A DNA stretch of 64,000 nucleotides from Octopus sinensis (lineage: Eukaryota). The translations under genes and the position numbers were made by a program. This document shows positions 13,307 to 26,575 of this stretch, in pieces (positions within the stretch are counted from its first letter, which is position 1; each line of letters opens with the position of its first letter). Below the pieces are notes generated by a model, which had not been told where the DNA came from, made no database searches, and saw nothing but the letters and a program-made list of their open reading frames with translations. Location: assembly GCF_006345805.1 (NCBI RefSeq), contig NC_043002.1, positions 85,002,001 through 85,066,000 on the forward strand. The letters are read 5' to 3'.

Positions 13307-13769
13307 GTTGGATGTATTGTTTATATGTATATATGTATATATATATATATTATATATATATGTATGTATACATACATACATACATACATACATACATACA
13401 TACATACATACATACATACATACATGTTTGTGTGCACTTATTCTCTCTTAGGTCGTAGATGTAAATATTTTAGTTTCTAAAGTATTACAAACATATTAGC
13501 CGTTTATGTTAGAGTTATTTAGTATTTATACTTTGTAGTTTACTTTACTTATAAATATAGACGAATTTCATTGTTGCAACTGATAATGTCGGTCGTCGCC
13601 TATATGACAAATACACAGTTCTTTTCCTGTTTATGCCTGTGCTCACATTTGTTTATCTTTGAGGTTGATCATCGGAAGGACACGTGTAAATGTTATTCCA
13701 AAATATTTTAACGACCTGTAATACACACACGCATGCAACGCATATATATATATACCCTTGGGGACTAGG

Positions 13770-13900
13770 TGGGGAAGGAAGATGGTCAGCAGGCGAAGAA
13801 GACGATTATGTGGTGATGGCAGCAAGGACTGGACAAGAAGAACACACGCTGAGTGGACGACTGCAGGAACAGACAATAATATAAGGCGAGGATGGATGTA
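13770..13900 (+). mobile_element. Possible RTE-type LINE 3' fragment
   Basis: Frame GRKMVSRRRRRLCGDGSKDWTRRTHAEWTTAG resembles the GRRxRGRQRxRWxDxxKxWT C-terminus of RTE ORFs. Confidence 0.35.
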
Positions 13901-14092
13901 ACGTTTGGGGCTTCTATCTCTCGGCCATGAATTAGGGCCATGCTCATCATCATGTTTAAATATGTGCTTGTTTAAGTTTGTATTTATATATACACAAATA
14001 CACATATATATAATGTTCTATCTTTTATTTCTTTCAGTCATTAGACTGCCGCCCTGCTAGGGAGCTGCCTTGAAGGGTTTTAGTCAAACGAA

Positions 14093-14192
14093 NNNNNNNN
14101 NNNNNNNNNNNNNNNNNNNNNNNNNNNNNNNNNNNNNNNNNNNNNNNNNNNNNNNNNNNNNNNNNNNNNNNNNNNNNNNNNNNNNNNNNNNN
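14093..14192. other. Scaffold gap (100 N, size probably unknown)
   Basis: Exactly 100 N. A truncated SINE lies on the left and an open reading frame on the right. Confidence 1.
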
Positions 14193-14568
14193 ATTCTGCC
14201 ATGGTGTTGGTGGTGGTGGTTGACTCACTGATGGTGTTGACGGTGCTTGGCCTTGCGACCTTTGTTTTGTATTTGTTGCTGTTGATGGTGGTGGAGTTGT
14301 CAGGTTCGGCGTATGCTAACAGAGCATCCTGTTTTTCTGTTTCTGCGTCACGCTTCACTTGCAACTCAGCCTCGTGGTGGCCAGTGGCGATGGTGAGTGC
14401 GGCGTTAGATTTGTTGTTGTTGTTGGTGGTGGTGGTGATGGTGGTGACAGCGGTGTTCACGCTGCGATGTTTAGTAGCCAGTGGTAGCAATAGTGTTTTG
14501 CTACCGTTCTGCATGACTGGCGGGCTAGCCACATGGTTTCTAGTTGCCATTTTCAAAATGAAAAATGG
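14193..14568 (-). CDS. Host-gene coding exon (Thr/Asn-rich N-terminal-type segment), truncated by the gap
   Basis: Open frame MATRNHVASPPVMQNGSKTLLLPLATKHRS...ESTTTTNTMAE from GAAAATGG (ATG at 14550) to the gap. An in-frame phase-0 acceptor TTTTTTAG/CCA lies at 14569/14568. No TE similarity recognised. Confidence 0.6.
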
Positions 14569-14779
14569 CTAAAAAACCCACGAAAGTTTTGAAAGTTTTC
14601 TTGTAATTTCGCCCATACAGGGGCGGAATTCTACGTGAATAATTCTCAGGTTTTTAGTGAATGAACTTGCACAACGATTAAAACAAAAATATTGACAACA
14701 AGGAGTTTTAAACATGTAAAAGTGGCCAACTTACGTGGAGCCGATATGACTATCGTCCGTCCATTGTGTAGATAGAGAG

Positions 14780-14902
14780 ACCGACAGGCAGATAGACAAA
14801 CGGGCAGACAGACAGATAGACAGATAGACAGGCAAGCAGACAGACAGACAGACATATAGTTAGACAGACAAGCAAACAGGCAGATAGCCAGTTGGACAGG
14901 CG

Positions 14903-14998
<96 letters not shown>

Positions 14999-15007
14999 TG
15001 ATAGATA

Positions 15008-15057
<50 letters not shown>

Positions 15058-15072
15058 CTGATAGATAGATAT
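14780..15072. repeat. Compound tetranucleotide microsatellite (GACA)n-(GATA)n-(GATT)n
   Basis: Direct reading. It abuts the 3' end of the Tx1 LINE. Confidence 0.95.
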
Positions 15073-18000
15073 GTTTCTTTATTAGCCACACAGGGCTGCA
15101 CACAGATAGAACAAATTACAAGGTAGAGCTTTCTTTTGAAGGTTTAAAAAAAAAAAAAAAAAAAAAAAAAGGAAAGGGGAGTTTCGATCAAAAGGGATCG
15201 TAAAAGGAGAGAAAGAGGACAAAAAAAAAGGGGGGGGGTTAAAAAAAAAAAAAAAAAAAAGGGGGAGAGGAAAAAAATGATCAATAGGGATCGTTATCAC
15301 AGAAATGTCAATATGAAGTGTAAAGGGGAGGACAGGTGAGGTTTACCCGTGGAAAGAAAAGCCTGCGGAAAAGACCACGGTAACCTCGGTCAATGAAGTC
15401 ACATTTTATATTTCTTTTTTTTTTTTTTTTTTTTGCAAATAAGCAACTCTCTTTTTCGATTTCTGGGTTCATAGGACTATGCTCAAGGTGGCTTCGTCAT
15501 TCATACGTGCCATTCTTGCTACATTCACCCATCTTTTTTTAAAACATTCGCTAGACAAAACTTGCCTCTCTACTCTCACTTTCCTTTTCAAGTGGTACTT
15601 GAAGAAGTTGATGAGAGATTGACCAGAGAGGAAAGTGTTTGTCTCCAATCCTTTCAGACGCGTCCACCAGATACATTCTTTCGCCATAGCCACAGGATGA
15701 TGAAAATAGCTCTTCCTTCCCGTTTGAAGGAAGGAGGCGTGACAATATTCACGATAGACTCAGCTGATAAACCGACTCGTCCACACGTGACAGCAGTTGT
15801 TCGACATAAGCCCACAGGTCGGAAATTGTTGGACACTGAACGAGTGCGTGCAGAACGGTTTCGTCGCTCTGACCGCATCTCGGGCAGGTCGGCCCCGTGT
15901 TTCTCGAGCCGTGTCTGTAGAGCTTATCCCGAACGGGTAGCGCTTCTCGGTAGCACTGCCAGGCCAGGGATCTCTCTGGAAGTTGTCCATGGGCCCTGGC
16001 CCGAAAGTCGTCCCGAACAGGCGGGTCAGGTACTCTCTCGTCGACGTCCAGGTTCGCCCCGAGCTCGTCGTCGTACCTCCCCTCCACTAAACCCCTATAG
16101 AATGCTTTGGTTGTGTTGAAGTCACTTAAGTCGACCCAGGACGGCAGAGTTGCTTGAGAGCAACGCGACACTCGCGGTGCCATTCGCCCTTCCTCGGCTT
16201 CTTTTTGATCCACGACTGCAGTTCGGTCATGGAGACGAGCTGCGGGAAAGCGTGCCTCACACAACGGCGACCACACCTGTTCACCGTCGTCTACATAGAG
16301 CCAGAGATGTCGCAGTCTCAGCGCGTGTCTGCGCATCATCAACCACGGCATGCCCAGCCCCCTTTTAACGGGTGTTGACAGCAAATGGATCGCCTGACCA
16401 TCGGGACGCATCCTTTCCCACAAGAAGCGAAAGAGGATGCGTTGTAGTTTGGTGATGGTAGGGTCGGGACAAGGTACGACGGTCAGGCGGTAGTAGATGA
16501 CGGACGCGATGTACGTGTTCGCCACCTCCTCCGCTCGACCTTTTAGGGACAGTTCCTCTCGGCCCATTGCCGGGCGAGAGTGACCACCCTACTCGTTATC
16601 TCGTTCCAGTTCTTCTCCACTTGGAGGTCCGGACCAAACCAGACCCCGAGCAAATCAACCGGCCCGTCGGTCCAGCGTCCCACGACGGAGGCGCTGGTGG
16701 ACGGCATGGGCTTGCTTCTCCAGGTGCCTAGTCGCAAGCCCCCTGACTTTTCCCGGTTGATTTTCGCTCCTGTCACCGCTTTTAGTTTTTTCAGTGTCTC
16801 ACCGACCAGCTCGATGTGCTCGTGGCTTGACACTATGACGGTGACGTCGTCCGCGTATGCAGACACGCTCGTCCCGCATCCCAATTCTCGCGGGATGCCC
16901 CTTAGAGTCGCCAGCTTCCGCAGTAGTGGCTCAAGAGTCAATACGTATAGAAGCGCCGAGAGGGGGCATCCCTGACGGACCGAACGTGCAATGTCGAAAG
17001 GTCTCGATAGATGTCCATTTACGACGAATTACCGAACGGATGCCTCTGTACAAGGCAGCTATCCAGCCGCGGAAGACGGGACCGAAACCAGCCGCTCTCA
17101 GGACTGCCTCCAAGTATCGATGGTCTACCCTATCAAAGGCTTTCGATTGATCCAAGTTGATCAGGGCCCCACCATGCCAGGTTCGTTAACTACCCTGTCT
17201 ATGATGTAGCGCATCAGATGGAGGTTGTCATGGATGGTCCGGCCTGGCACGGCGCATGTTTGCGCCTTGTCGACCAGTTTCTCGATGACAAGCGCCAACC
17301 TCTTGGCTAACACCTTGGCCAAAATTTTCAAGTCTGCATTAAGCAGAGTAATGGGCCTAAAGTTATCTATTACATTTCCTTTGTTTAGATCTTTCTTCAG
17401 CAGTGTTACGGCTCCTCGGCTCACAAAACCAGGAATGCTCCCGTTTTGCTGCCATTGCAGTACACCGCCGCCAAGAGATCTCCAAACAAGTCTGGCATAC
17501 AATTGTAAAGCTCGTAGGGTAGACCATCCAAACCCGGTGATTTGTCCCTCGAGCATTCTGCCATCGCTTCCCGCACTTCCGCCGCCGTGATGGCACCTTC
17601 GCAGCACCCTGCCTTCTTGTCGAGAGTCGTGGTAGGCTATGTAGGTAGGCACTGAAGTCCACCCTACGTTCTTGCCCTCCACTCGTTCCGAACAGTCGGG
17701 CAAATGTTGCTGAAAGGCCTCACACATTTATTTGGCTCGAGCAATTCGCGCCCCTGTTCATCTACCAGTGACCGAATGGTGGCTTGTTGCCCTGTTGCGC
17801 CTGCCTCTGCCACCCGGGCCTCTCTCGCGGCTCCACACCTTCGTTCCTTAGAGCACGCATCCTAGCTCTGACAGCACATCCTTCGTGTTTGGCGTTGAAG
17901 TGTTGGTCGAGGGCCAACCTCGCCGCCAAAACGGCGGTCGGATGCGATGCCGCTTCTAATTGCCTCTTCTAGCTTCTTAACTAGCTCACCCTCTACTCTA

Positions 18001-18495
18001 TTTCTATCTATGGCTAGTGCTTTGCTGTACCTAATCGCTTCTTCGCTTTACTGCTCTCTTGAGGGCAAACCACCATTTGTTGTTGATGATGGCTCCCGTC
18101 AAAGCCCTCTTCTAGTGTGCTAATCCGGTCTCTGAAAACCTTTCTCGATGGGAAAGACGCGTTTAGTTTCCAGTATCCGGGACCCTGCCTAAGTGTCTTA
18201 CCTAAGTCTAGCGTACATGTCACAAGTTTGTGATCCGTGTAGCTGACTATGTGGAAATGTGGACATCCTATGCTATCTCTATCTACTGTCCTACACAGTA
18301 TCCTATCTAGATACGATCTCGACGACCCGATGCGGTTGCTCCATGTCCACGTTGGCGCATTCGGGTGGTCTAGTCGGAACCTGTCAGACAGTTGAAAGCG
18401 TCTGAGCAGGTCTCTGAGGCATTTGCATCCCCGTCTATTCCTATCTCTACCCACGTAGTCTACATGCGTGTCCAAGGTAGCATTCCAATCCCCCA
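15073..18495 (-). mobile_element. 5'-truncated Tx1/L1-clade LINE: ORF2 (APE endonuclease C-half, RT, zinc finger) plus 3' UTR, frameshifted
   Basis: Motifs GDWNA, SYLDRI, TDHK, GPGYWKLN, NFRPITLLNADLKILAK, DQSKAFDRVDH, RQGCPLS, YADD (16846-16857) and CPRCG..ETVLHALVQC. ORF stop at 15469, AATAAA at 15078-15083. Confidence 0.95.
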
Positions 18496-18503
18496 GATAG
18501 ATC

Positions 18504-18600
<97 letters not shown>

Positions 18601-18612
18601 CAGATAGATAGA
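18496..18612. repeat. (GATA)n microsatellite at the Tx1 5' junction
   Basis: Direct reading. Same strand orientation as the tract at the 3' junction. Confidence 0.95.
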
Positions 18613-19163
18613 TATACACCTTGATAGGTGAACACTTAGAAAAGGAAGGAGTAAGAGAAAGAGAGAGAGAGGGAGAATGAAAGAAGAAATAAGAAAAGAA
18701 AATTGAATTTCAAAGACGTTGGATTGAAAAGTATCCAATGATATATCTATAACCCCGGAGCATTGTTCGCTTCACTCTTTACACTATAAGAATTGAGGAA
18801 TATGGTAGAACGCAATGCTTCGCAGAAGTCGCTCACGTACAAGCACAGATTCATCTCAAGATGTCTACAAATATAGAAACGAATACACAGAGACAGACGC
18901 TGAGACGATTATCCATGTACGTACGTATGTGTGAGCTTGTATTGTGTGTATGTGTGAGTGTGTATGTGTGTGTGTGTATGTGTGTGTGTGTGTATTTGTG
19001 CACAAATACACACGCACGCATGTTTTTGTACGTTTATGCGCTTGTGTTCGCGTGCGCATGTATGTACGTGTGCGTGTACGTGAATGCATATACTTGCGTG
19101 TGCGTATGTGTGCATGTATTTATATATATATATTATATATATATATATAATATATATATAATA

Positions 19164-19219
<56 letters not shown>

Positions 19220-19316
19220 GAGATGCAGCACGGATATATATATATATATATATACATATATATAGTATATATGTATATATATATTAATATATATTTATAC
19301 ATATATAGTATATATG

Positions 19317-19348
<32 letters not shown>

Positions 19349-19495
19349 ATATTTATGATATATATATTAATATATATATATAGTATATATGTATGTATAT
19401 ATGTATATATATTAATATATGTATATACATACATACGTACATACATGCAAATATGTGTGTGTGTGCGTGTGCGTACGTGTGTGTGTGTGTGTGTG

Positions 19496-19549
<54 letters not shown>

Positions 19550-20038
19550 ACATGTTTGTACATATGTATGTATTATAAAAGCAAGAACTAGGGTGAGAAC
19601 TAGAAAAGTAGAAGTGGATTACTAGGATAATTAAATAAAAGAAAAATGAAAAGAATCAGTATCACAATTACTTAAACTTTCGACTTTCGAATTATCAAAT
19701 TGTAACGAAAGAACCTCGAGAAATATTGTGCGTGCTTTATTAATTATAAACGATAAGGGAGGAAAGAAAAGAGAGAAAAGGTTGAGGTAAAGATGGTGGA
19801 GGAAGGATAATATGAATTTAACTTGAGAGTAACTTGGCTGGTTAAAATGCAAAAAAAAAATTAGGAATGGTTTGGGGGAGGATACTTAAAAATGTGTCTA
19901 AATTGTGAGAATTTTAGAACTGGGTAAAATATGTTTCCACACAGGAATAAATGTTTAGTTAATAATCAAGAATCAAATATATACTAATTTTGGTGTGTTT
20001 TTATTGTGGAAGAAGAAAATTATAAAAAGCTATATCAC

Positions 20039-20665
20039 ATTAGCATTTATATCAGCCATATCTAGCCCATATAGTCTACCTGTTTTCTGTTCAAACCTGC
20101 CAGATCCGGTCTCTCACATCAATCTTATAATGCCATTCTAAAAATTAGCACCATTGAAATTTCGAAGCTACGAGATAGTGCATACTCTCTTTTACTCTTT
20201 TACTTGTTTCAGTCATTTGACTGTGGCCATACTGGAGCACCGCCTTTTTTAGTCGAGTAAATCGACCCCACGACTTATTCTTTGTAAGCCTAGTACTTAT
20301 TCGATTGGTCTCTATTGCTGAACCGCTAAATTACGGGGACGTAAACACACCAGCATCGGTTGTCAATCAATTTTTGGGGGGGGAACAAACACAGACACAC
20401 ACACTCACACACATATATATATACATATATATGACGGGCTTCTTTCAGTTTCCCTCTACCAAATCCACTCACACGGTTCTGGTTGACCCGAGGCTATAGT
20501 AGAAGACACTTGCCCAAGGTCCCACGCAGTGGGGCTGAACCTGGATCCATGTGGTTCGTAAGCAAGCTACTTACCACACAGCCACTCCTACGCCAATGAT
20601 TATTAATTGAAGATGAATACATTCAGATTACCTTTACCAGAGTAATCTGAATGATAAAGAGTTAA
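20039..20665. mobile_element. Probable TTAA-type (piggyBac-like) MITE interrupted by a SINE
   Basis: Left part TAGCATTTATATCAGCCATATCTAGCCC... (20039-20180). Right end ...CAGAGTAATCTGAATGATAAAGAGTTAA (to 20665). Family recognised from memory of octopus repeats. Confidence 0.4.
20184..20594 (-). mobile_element. Full-length SINE family 1
   Basis: Reverse complement of the 2586-3022 type, from head (GGCGTAGGAGTGGC) to AAAAGAGT tail. Confidence 0.85.
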
Positions 20666-21681
20666 AAGAATAGGTTACTCTCAGAAACTTGTATTACATT
20701 TCATCAAAAAATTAGCCATTTGAAATTATTGAATGTCTTAGAATGTTTATGCATCCATGACGAGACCAATTCGGAATTACTTCTGAGAAGGGATCATAAT
20801 AAGGTAATATTTCTAACTCTTCAAGTAAACAAAATTTTCTGTGATGTATCGGAGAGAGAATAAGGATTGGCGAAACTAATGGTTTTCTATTTGATGTCAT
20901 TGTGTGTGTTATTTAATTTAAGTTTCCAAATATATTTGAATAACGTAGTAGCAAAATGTCTGGTTTGATGGTAGAATGTATATCGGTGTTAGAAATAACG
21001 GGATTTTGAATAATTTTGTTTAATGCATGATTTAGAGGCAGTGTTTGTGTTTAGTGGACGTGCGGTTGAGTGAATGCAGTTTCAGAATTGGGAATTTTGA
21101 GGAAGAATGGTCAAGCTTGATACGATTCACGTAGATAAGCATTAGAAGTAAGCAAATAAGAATTTTTTTTTGAATTATTACTAATAATCGTATAATATCA
21201 GAAAATTTTGGCTCGCAAAAAAACAAGTGAGATCAACACAGTTGATGTTCTTCATGAACAGATGGAAGTTGATTGGCCACGGGAAAATATTCGCATACAG
21301 TCAGCTATAGAGGGATGACAATCAGTAAGGTAGGACTGAGAATATTGCAGGACCTGAGTAGCCACAGTATTGGTTACAAGAAAAAGCGAAATGAGTGAGT
21401 TGCGTAGGCTTGAGCTGAGGAGGTACGAGATTAGACAGTTCCGTGGAGTAACAACCACTGAAGTAGCGGTGGTTAAGGAAGAGTTAAGGAGACAATGCGC
21501 TTATGGACGTGAGACTGAAGTGATATGAGTTAAGGGATACGGGTGGATAACAGGAGAAAACAGGAAGAGAAATGGAGATGATATTGATAGAATGTAAGGG
21601 ATGGACAAGACAAGTGTGAAAATGTATGCGAAGGAAAGGGTTAAATCTAAAGCAAGTAAGGAATGGTATGAGGTGATGCGA

Positions 21682-21712
<31 letters not shown>

Positions 21713-21823
21713 GTAGATGACAGACATACAGACAAACAGACGGATAGGTAAATAGATTCATACATACACACACACACATATATATCAATACATATATATA
21801 TCATATATATATATATATATATA

Positions 21824-21886
<63 letters not shown>

Positions 21887-21949
21887 GCAAGAACATATAG
21901 GAAGTGACAGAAGTAGAAAGAATATCAGAGTTAGGTTGTTCGAAGTAGA

Positions 21950-24400
21950 ATGAAAGAGAAAAAGAAAAGTGGAAAAAGTAAGAGTAAGATGCAGAAAATA
22001 GATGAAAATTCTACAGTATTTTCAAATGCTACAGAGATATCTTTTATAGAACATGTTACATTTTCAATTTACTATTTATTCATATGTATGCGTTTATCGA
22101 TTTATATAATTTTGAAAATACTGTAAAAAATATATATATAGCATATTTAATGAATTTTAGTTCAGATGCGTAGGAAACTATTGCAGTAAAAACATTCTGG
22201 TTCAAATAACAACATGTTACGAAATAAAAGATCAAATAAATATAAGTAGATTGGTAAAAATCGATTAGATATCTTTGCACTGCTATTTTGAAGATTGCTA
22301 ACTGATAATTTCCAAGTTTGTTTTTAGGCCAACTGCCATATCTGAAAGATGTAAAAATATTAATTTGGAGCATTAATATGGCTGGTAGAAATTTTAAACA
22401 CTAATTAAATCTGAATAAAGAGGAAACAATATGAGAAGGGAATGCATATTTTTTATGTCAGAAGAAGAAAAGTGCCGCCCGTGACATTTTTCATGGCCTC
22501 CAAAACTAGTAAGTGAAAAGGTGAGAGTTGCCCTCAGACTGGAGAAATGACTTGAATACTTGCAACAAAAATACTAAAGGCACATATATAGGCGGTGGTT
22601 TTAAACTGGACTATGTATTTAAGCCTACCATTGAAGAACAAGATTTCTGCGTAGTGTCCGCCGACCAAATTTCACTCACAAAGCTCGCTCTCAACCCGAG
22701 ACTTTTGCCCAAGGTACCGTAAAGTCAAATTTCACTAACAAAGCTCTTTACTATACCCGAGAGTTTTTCCCAGGGTACGGCGAAGCAGAATTAAACATGA
22801 AACCCTGTAGGTCCCAAGCGAACTTTTTAATCACACTGCCACATATTTTTTTATGAATTATAGAACTTTCTCGCATTCAAAATAGTCAATGAATTCTCAT
22901 TTCTTGATAACGTTCAATGTTGTTCCTTAGTTTAACTCGGCTGCAAAATAAATTACAACTGTCATATGTTTTCATTCCAGTATGTTACCTTAATTTTTTG
23001 TTACCGTTCCAAATGTTGACATTAAATTAAGCTTCATCGTGTCACCATTAAAAATAATTTGAGACTGTCCGGTGTCATTAAGTTATTTGCTTTGTTGTCT
23101 TCTGCAGAAAATTTTTTAAGATTTCACAAAATGTAAAAGTCAGTTTTGAGTTGTTTCTGTTGTTGATTATCGCAATCTCTAAAATCCGGTTTCAATTCAG
23201 CCATATTAAAACATTTTCTGCATTTTAGCGAATGCTTTGGGATTGGCCAAGTTTTACATTCCTTATACAACAATGGAAAATTACTTTCATTCAGCCTTTT
23301 ACGATATTCACAAATTCAGAAGTAACCGCAACACGTATTTTCCGGAATTCTCAACATTCAACTGCACTAAGAGACAACTATACTCCTATTCTCTAAGTAT
23401 TTCGTAATCACTTGTGGCCATGTTATCAACAGGATTAGAATCCCACGGCTGACGGAAATGTTATTGCTAAGTGTGACATCCGACACCCAAAGAATTTCGT
23501 CATTTACTGGTACTTAATTCATCGATTCTGAAAGGATGAACAACAAAGGGGGTTGACATTGACAGGATTTGAAATCAATGCGCAGAGAACCAGAACAAAC
23601 ATGGGGCATTCTTTTCAAAGCTCCAATAATTCTGCTGTCTTTAGAAACATATGTTATAGGCGATGTTTTGTTTTAGTTTTATAATGGCTGAGCAGCGTCT
23701 ATGACATTTATAAGGAAGAAACAATAAGGAAGAAACAATATGAGAAGGAAATACAGTTTTTTATGTCAGAAGTAGAAAAGTGGCGCCCGTGACATTTTTC
23801 AGGGCCTCCAAGGTTAGTAGATGAAAGGGTGAGAGTTAAAGGATTTATGTGACTATAGTAGAAAGGACATACCCAAGGTGCCACGCAGTCCCACAAAACG
23901 AACTTCTTAGCCACAGCTCCACTTCTGGGTCGATTCGAGAGAAACTACTCTCTCCTAGGTAGTTTTTCAGATATAACTTATGGATTTGGTCATATGTAGA
24001 AAGCAAAATTAATTGATTTTTAGATTTTAAAGGCGAAATTTGTTTAGGAACTTCCTGAGGAACTTTCATTACTAACACTAAAAATGGTCGCAAGTGAACA
24101 GCTTCTTCCTGTTGATAATGTAAACTGGCTTGGTAAAGTTGAAATGCTTGAATCAACTGAAAACCGAAGCTGACACAGCCAAGGTGACATTCAACAAATT
24201 GAGATAAAGCTTCTCCAATGACATCATGCATGATTGTGAGGCAGAGCTAGAAACTATGAAACAATGTATCGAGATATCCTCTAATGCAAGATCTTTACAT
24301 TTCTGTCGAACTTTGCAATATACACCGAAGTTTCAGAAAAATCTGTTCAACTTCGACTGAACAAAATTTGGCAGAATGTGAGCGAACTAATTTGTACTAT
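21950..24400 (-). mobile_element. Possible ancient hAT (Charlie/ZBED-like) transposase relic, interrupted by later insertions
   Basis: Stop-riddled minus-strand frames give, in the expected order, SFGFQL (cf. FAIQLDE), SEFVNIVK..FHCCIR (cf. GFV..K..HCIIH) and ILMVTR*SL..HLER (cf. LLHTEVRWLS..VLER). Weak similarity only. Confidence 0.3.
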
Positions 24401-26320
24401 TAGCAATAAAGAGGAATGATTAGAATATTATAAGCAATGACGATTAATGATTAATTACTCAGAGTTAAATTTTTGACAAGGAACATGAAAACTTCGCTGC
24501 TACATAAATATATATCACTTAATTTATGCAGCACTAAAGAAAAGATGGAAGTAGCTGGAAAAATTCCATTGCAATATCTCTGGCTTAAAAATGGCAAGAG
24601 ATTTCTTAAACTATTGTTTGAAAGATTGGAGATAATTTCCGTTTCATCTCCAGTTAAACTTGAAACTTCTACCATTCCTTACACTGATGACCTTCACATG
24701 CTCTTTCAGTCTATAGTATTGCATTTTTCATTTCCCTTATATAAAAATATATGCCAGTTTGTTCCCATTCCAAATAAAACATTATTATTTAAGCATCAAT
24801 GATATTTGCTTTATTCTATGTAAAGAAATTTTATTCTCCATATATAATTGCTTCAATAATTTTCCATCAATAAACCATTAAATGAAATTGTTAGGTAGCA
24901 TTCACTTTTTAGTTAGCTCATAACACGATCTGACACATGGTGATAGCTATTGTTTAAATACACATGCGTGACTTGAGTTGTATATGAACAAAGAAAATAT
25001 TCAACAGATTTTTAAATCATATTTTGCGTTTTACATTCACAATACACTTCTTATACTTACTTAACCCACTTTAACATTACATGGTGTAAAGACTGCAATA
25101 CAAAATCATGAAATCATGAAGTCAGCATATATTTTCTCCGGGTCTTCCTAACTTACGTAACGTAATTCTTATGTAATTTTATTGCCATCATACACGCAGG
25201 GAATTAGAGATACTTACAGCAACCGGTGAGGGTTGCATATAACGCGGACAAACAATAGAAGCACCGAGGTTGCTTTCACATGGTACTCAACTAGTTGGAA
25301 ATAGCAGCCAGATCTTCCTCAACTCACAACCTTGCCTTATTCAAAACAGAACACACTGGACAATATAATCACATTTAAAACAGAATATATTGAACAGTAT
25401 AATCGCAGATATACCAGATGGTCGTGGCTAGAAAGTCTTTGACCACGAGACTAAATAGGCATGGTTGTATGGCTAAGGTGCTCGGCTTACAACACTGACT
25501 CTGGGTTCGATCCCACTGCGTGGAATTTTCGTCGTCTTCAACTGTAGTCTTAAGTTGCTGTTATTGTTGTTGTTGTTGTTGTTGTTGTGTATGTGTGTGT
25601 AATTTAACTTAAAGCACAAAAGGTATAAAATTTATAGAATGAATGATATTGCAAATATGTCACAGGATGCCGTTAACTAGACAGAGTCCTTCAGATGAAA
25701 TTCTATAAACCATTCCTCAGCATTTTCAGCTGATCGATAAAAAGAAGTGTTAGATTATAAAATATAGACAATAGAAAAGTAAAGGCTTGTTCATATTGTT
25801 CTAATATTGATATTTCTTTCTTTTTCATCAAGCCAAAACCTCGAAACTGAGTGAATATAATTGATTAGATCAGCTCCAATACTTAGCTGGTACTTATTTT
25901 ATCGGCCTCAGGAGGATAAAAGGAAAAGTTAACTTTAATGAGATTTCAGCTCAAAACTTGAAGAATCGTACCGAAATGCCACGAAGAATTTTTGCCCGAA
26001 GCTCTATTGATTCTGCAAATCTAGTGCTTTTCTGTTGCGCAAATATTACAAAGATGACTAAAAAGATACAATGAGATTTAGCACTTGGCCTCTTTCTGTG
26101 GATTTGGTTCCTATAGGATGTGCGTTATAAGAAAACTATTCATTACAAATGCATCGAACGTCCGCCGCTGTCGCTGGAAGTCGGCTGTGCTGTGCATTGC
26201 CTCTTTATTTTTACTTCACCTGTAATATGCAGCACGTATATGTCGTTCTTTTCCGTCGAAATCGTTCCGGGGTTCTTGCTAATCTTATTACCTATGAGAA
26301 CTCAAAAAGAGATAAAGAGA

Positions 26321-26357
<37 letters not shown>

Positions 26358-26380
26358 CGAGAGAGATGGTAGCTAGCTAG

Positions 26381-26413
26381 CTAGCTAGCTAGATAGATAG
26401 ATAGATAGATAGT

Positions 26414-26494
<81 letters not shown>

Positions 26495-26495
26495 G

Positions 26496-26575
<80 letters not shown>
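26381..26575. repeat. (GCTA)n-(GATA)n microsatellite
   Basis: Direct reading. Confidence 0.95.

Noticed and set aside
20620-20653. Perfect 12-bp hairpin CATTCAGATTAC/GTAATCTGAATG
   Set aside because: It lies at the end of a probable TTAA MITE and is best explained as TIR-derived sequence. Too short for a miRNA precursor.
26220-26291. RRKRTTYT resembling a homeodomain N-terminal arm
   Set aside because: The following residues do not fit helix 1, a stop follows, and no WFQNRR-type exon was found on the minus strand.
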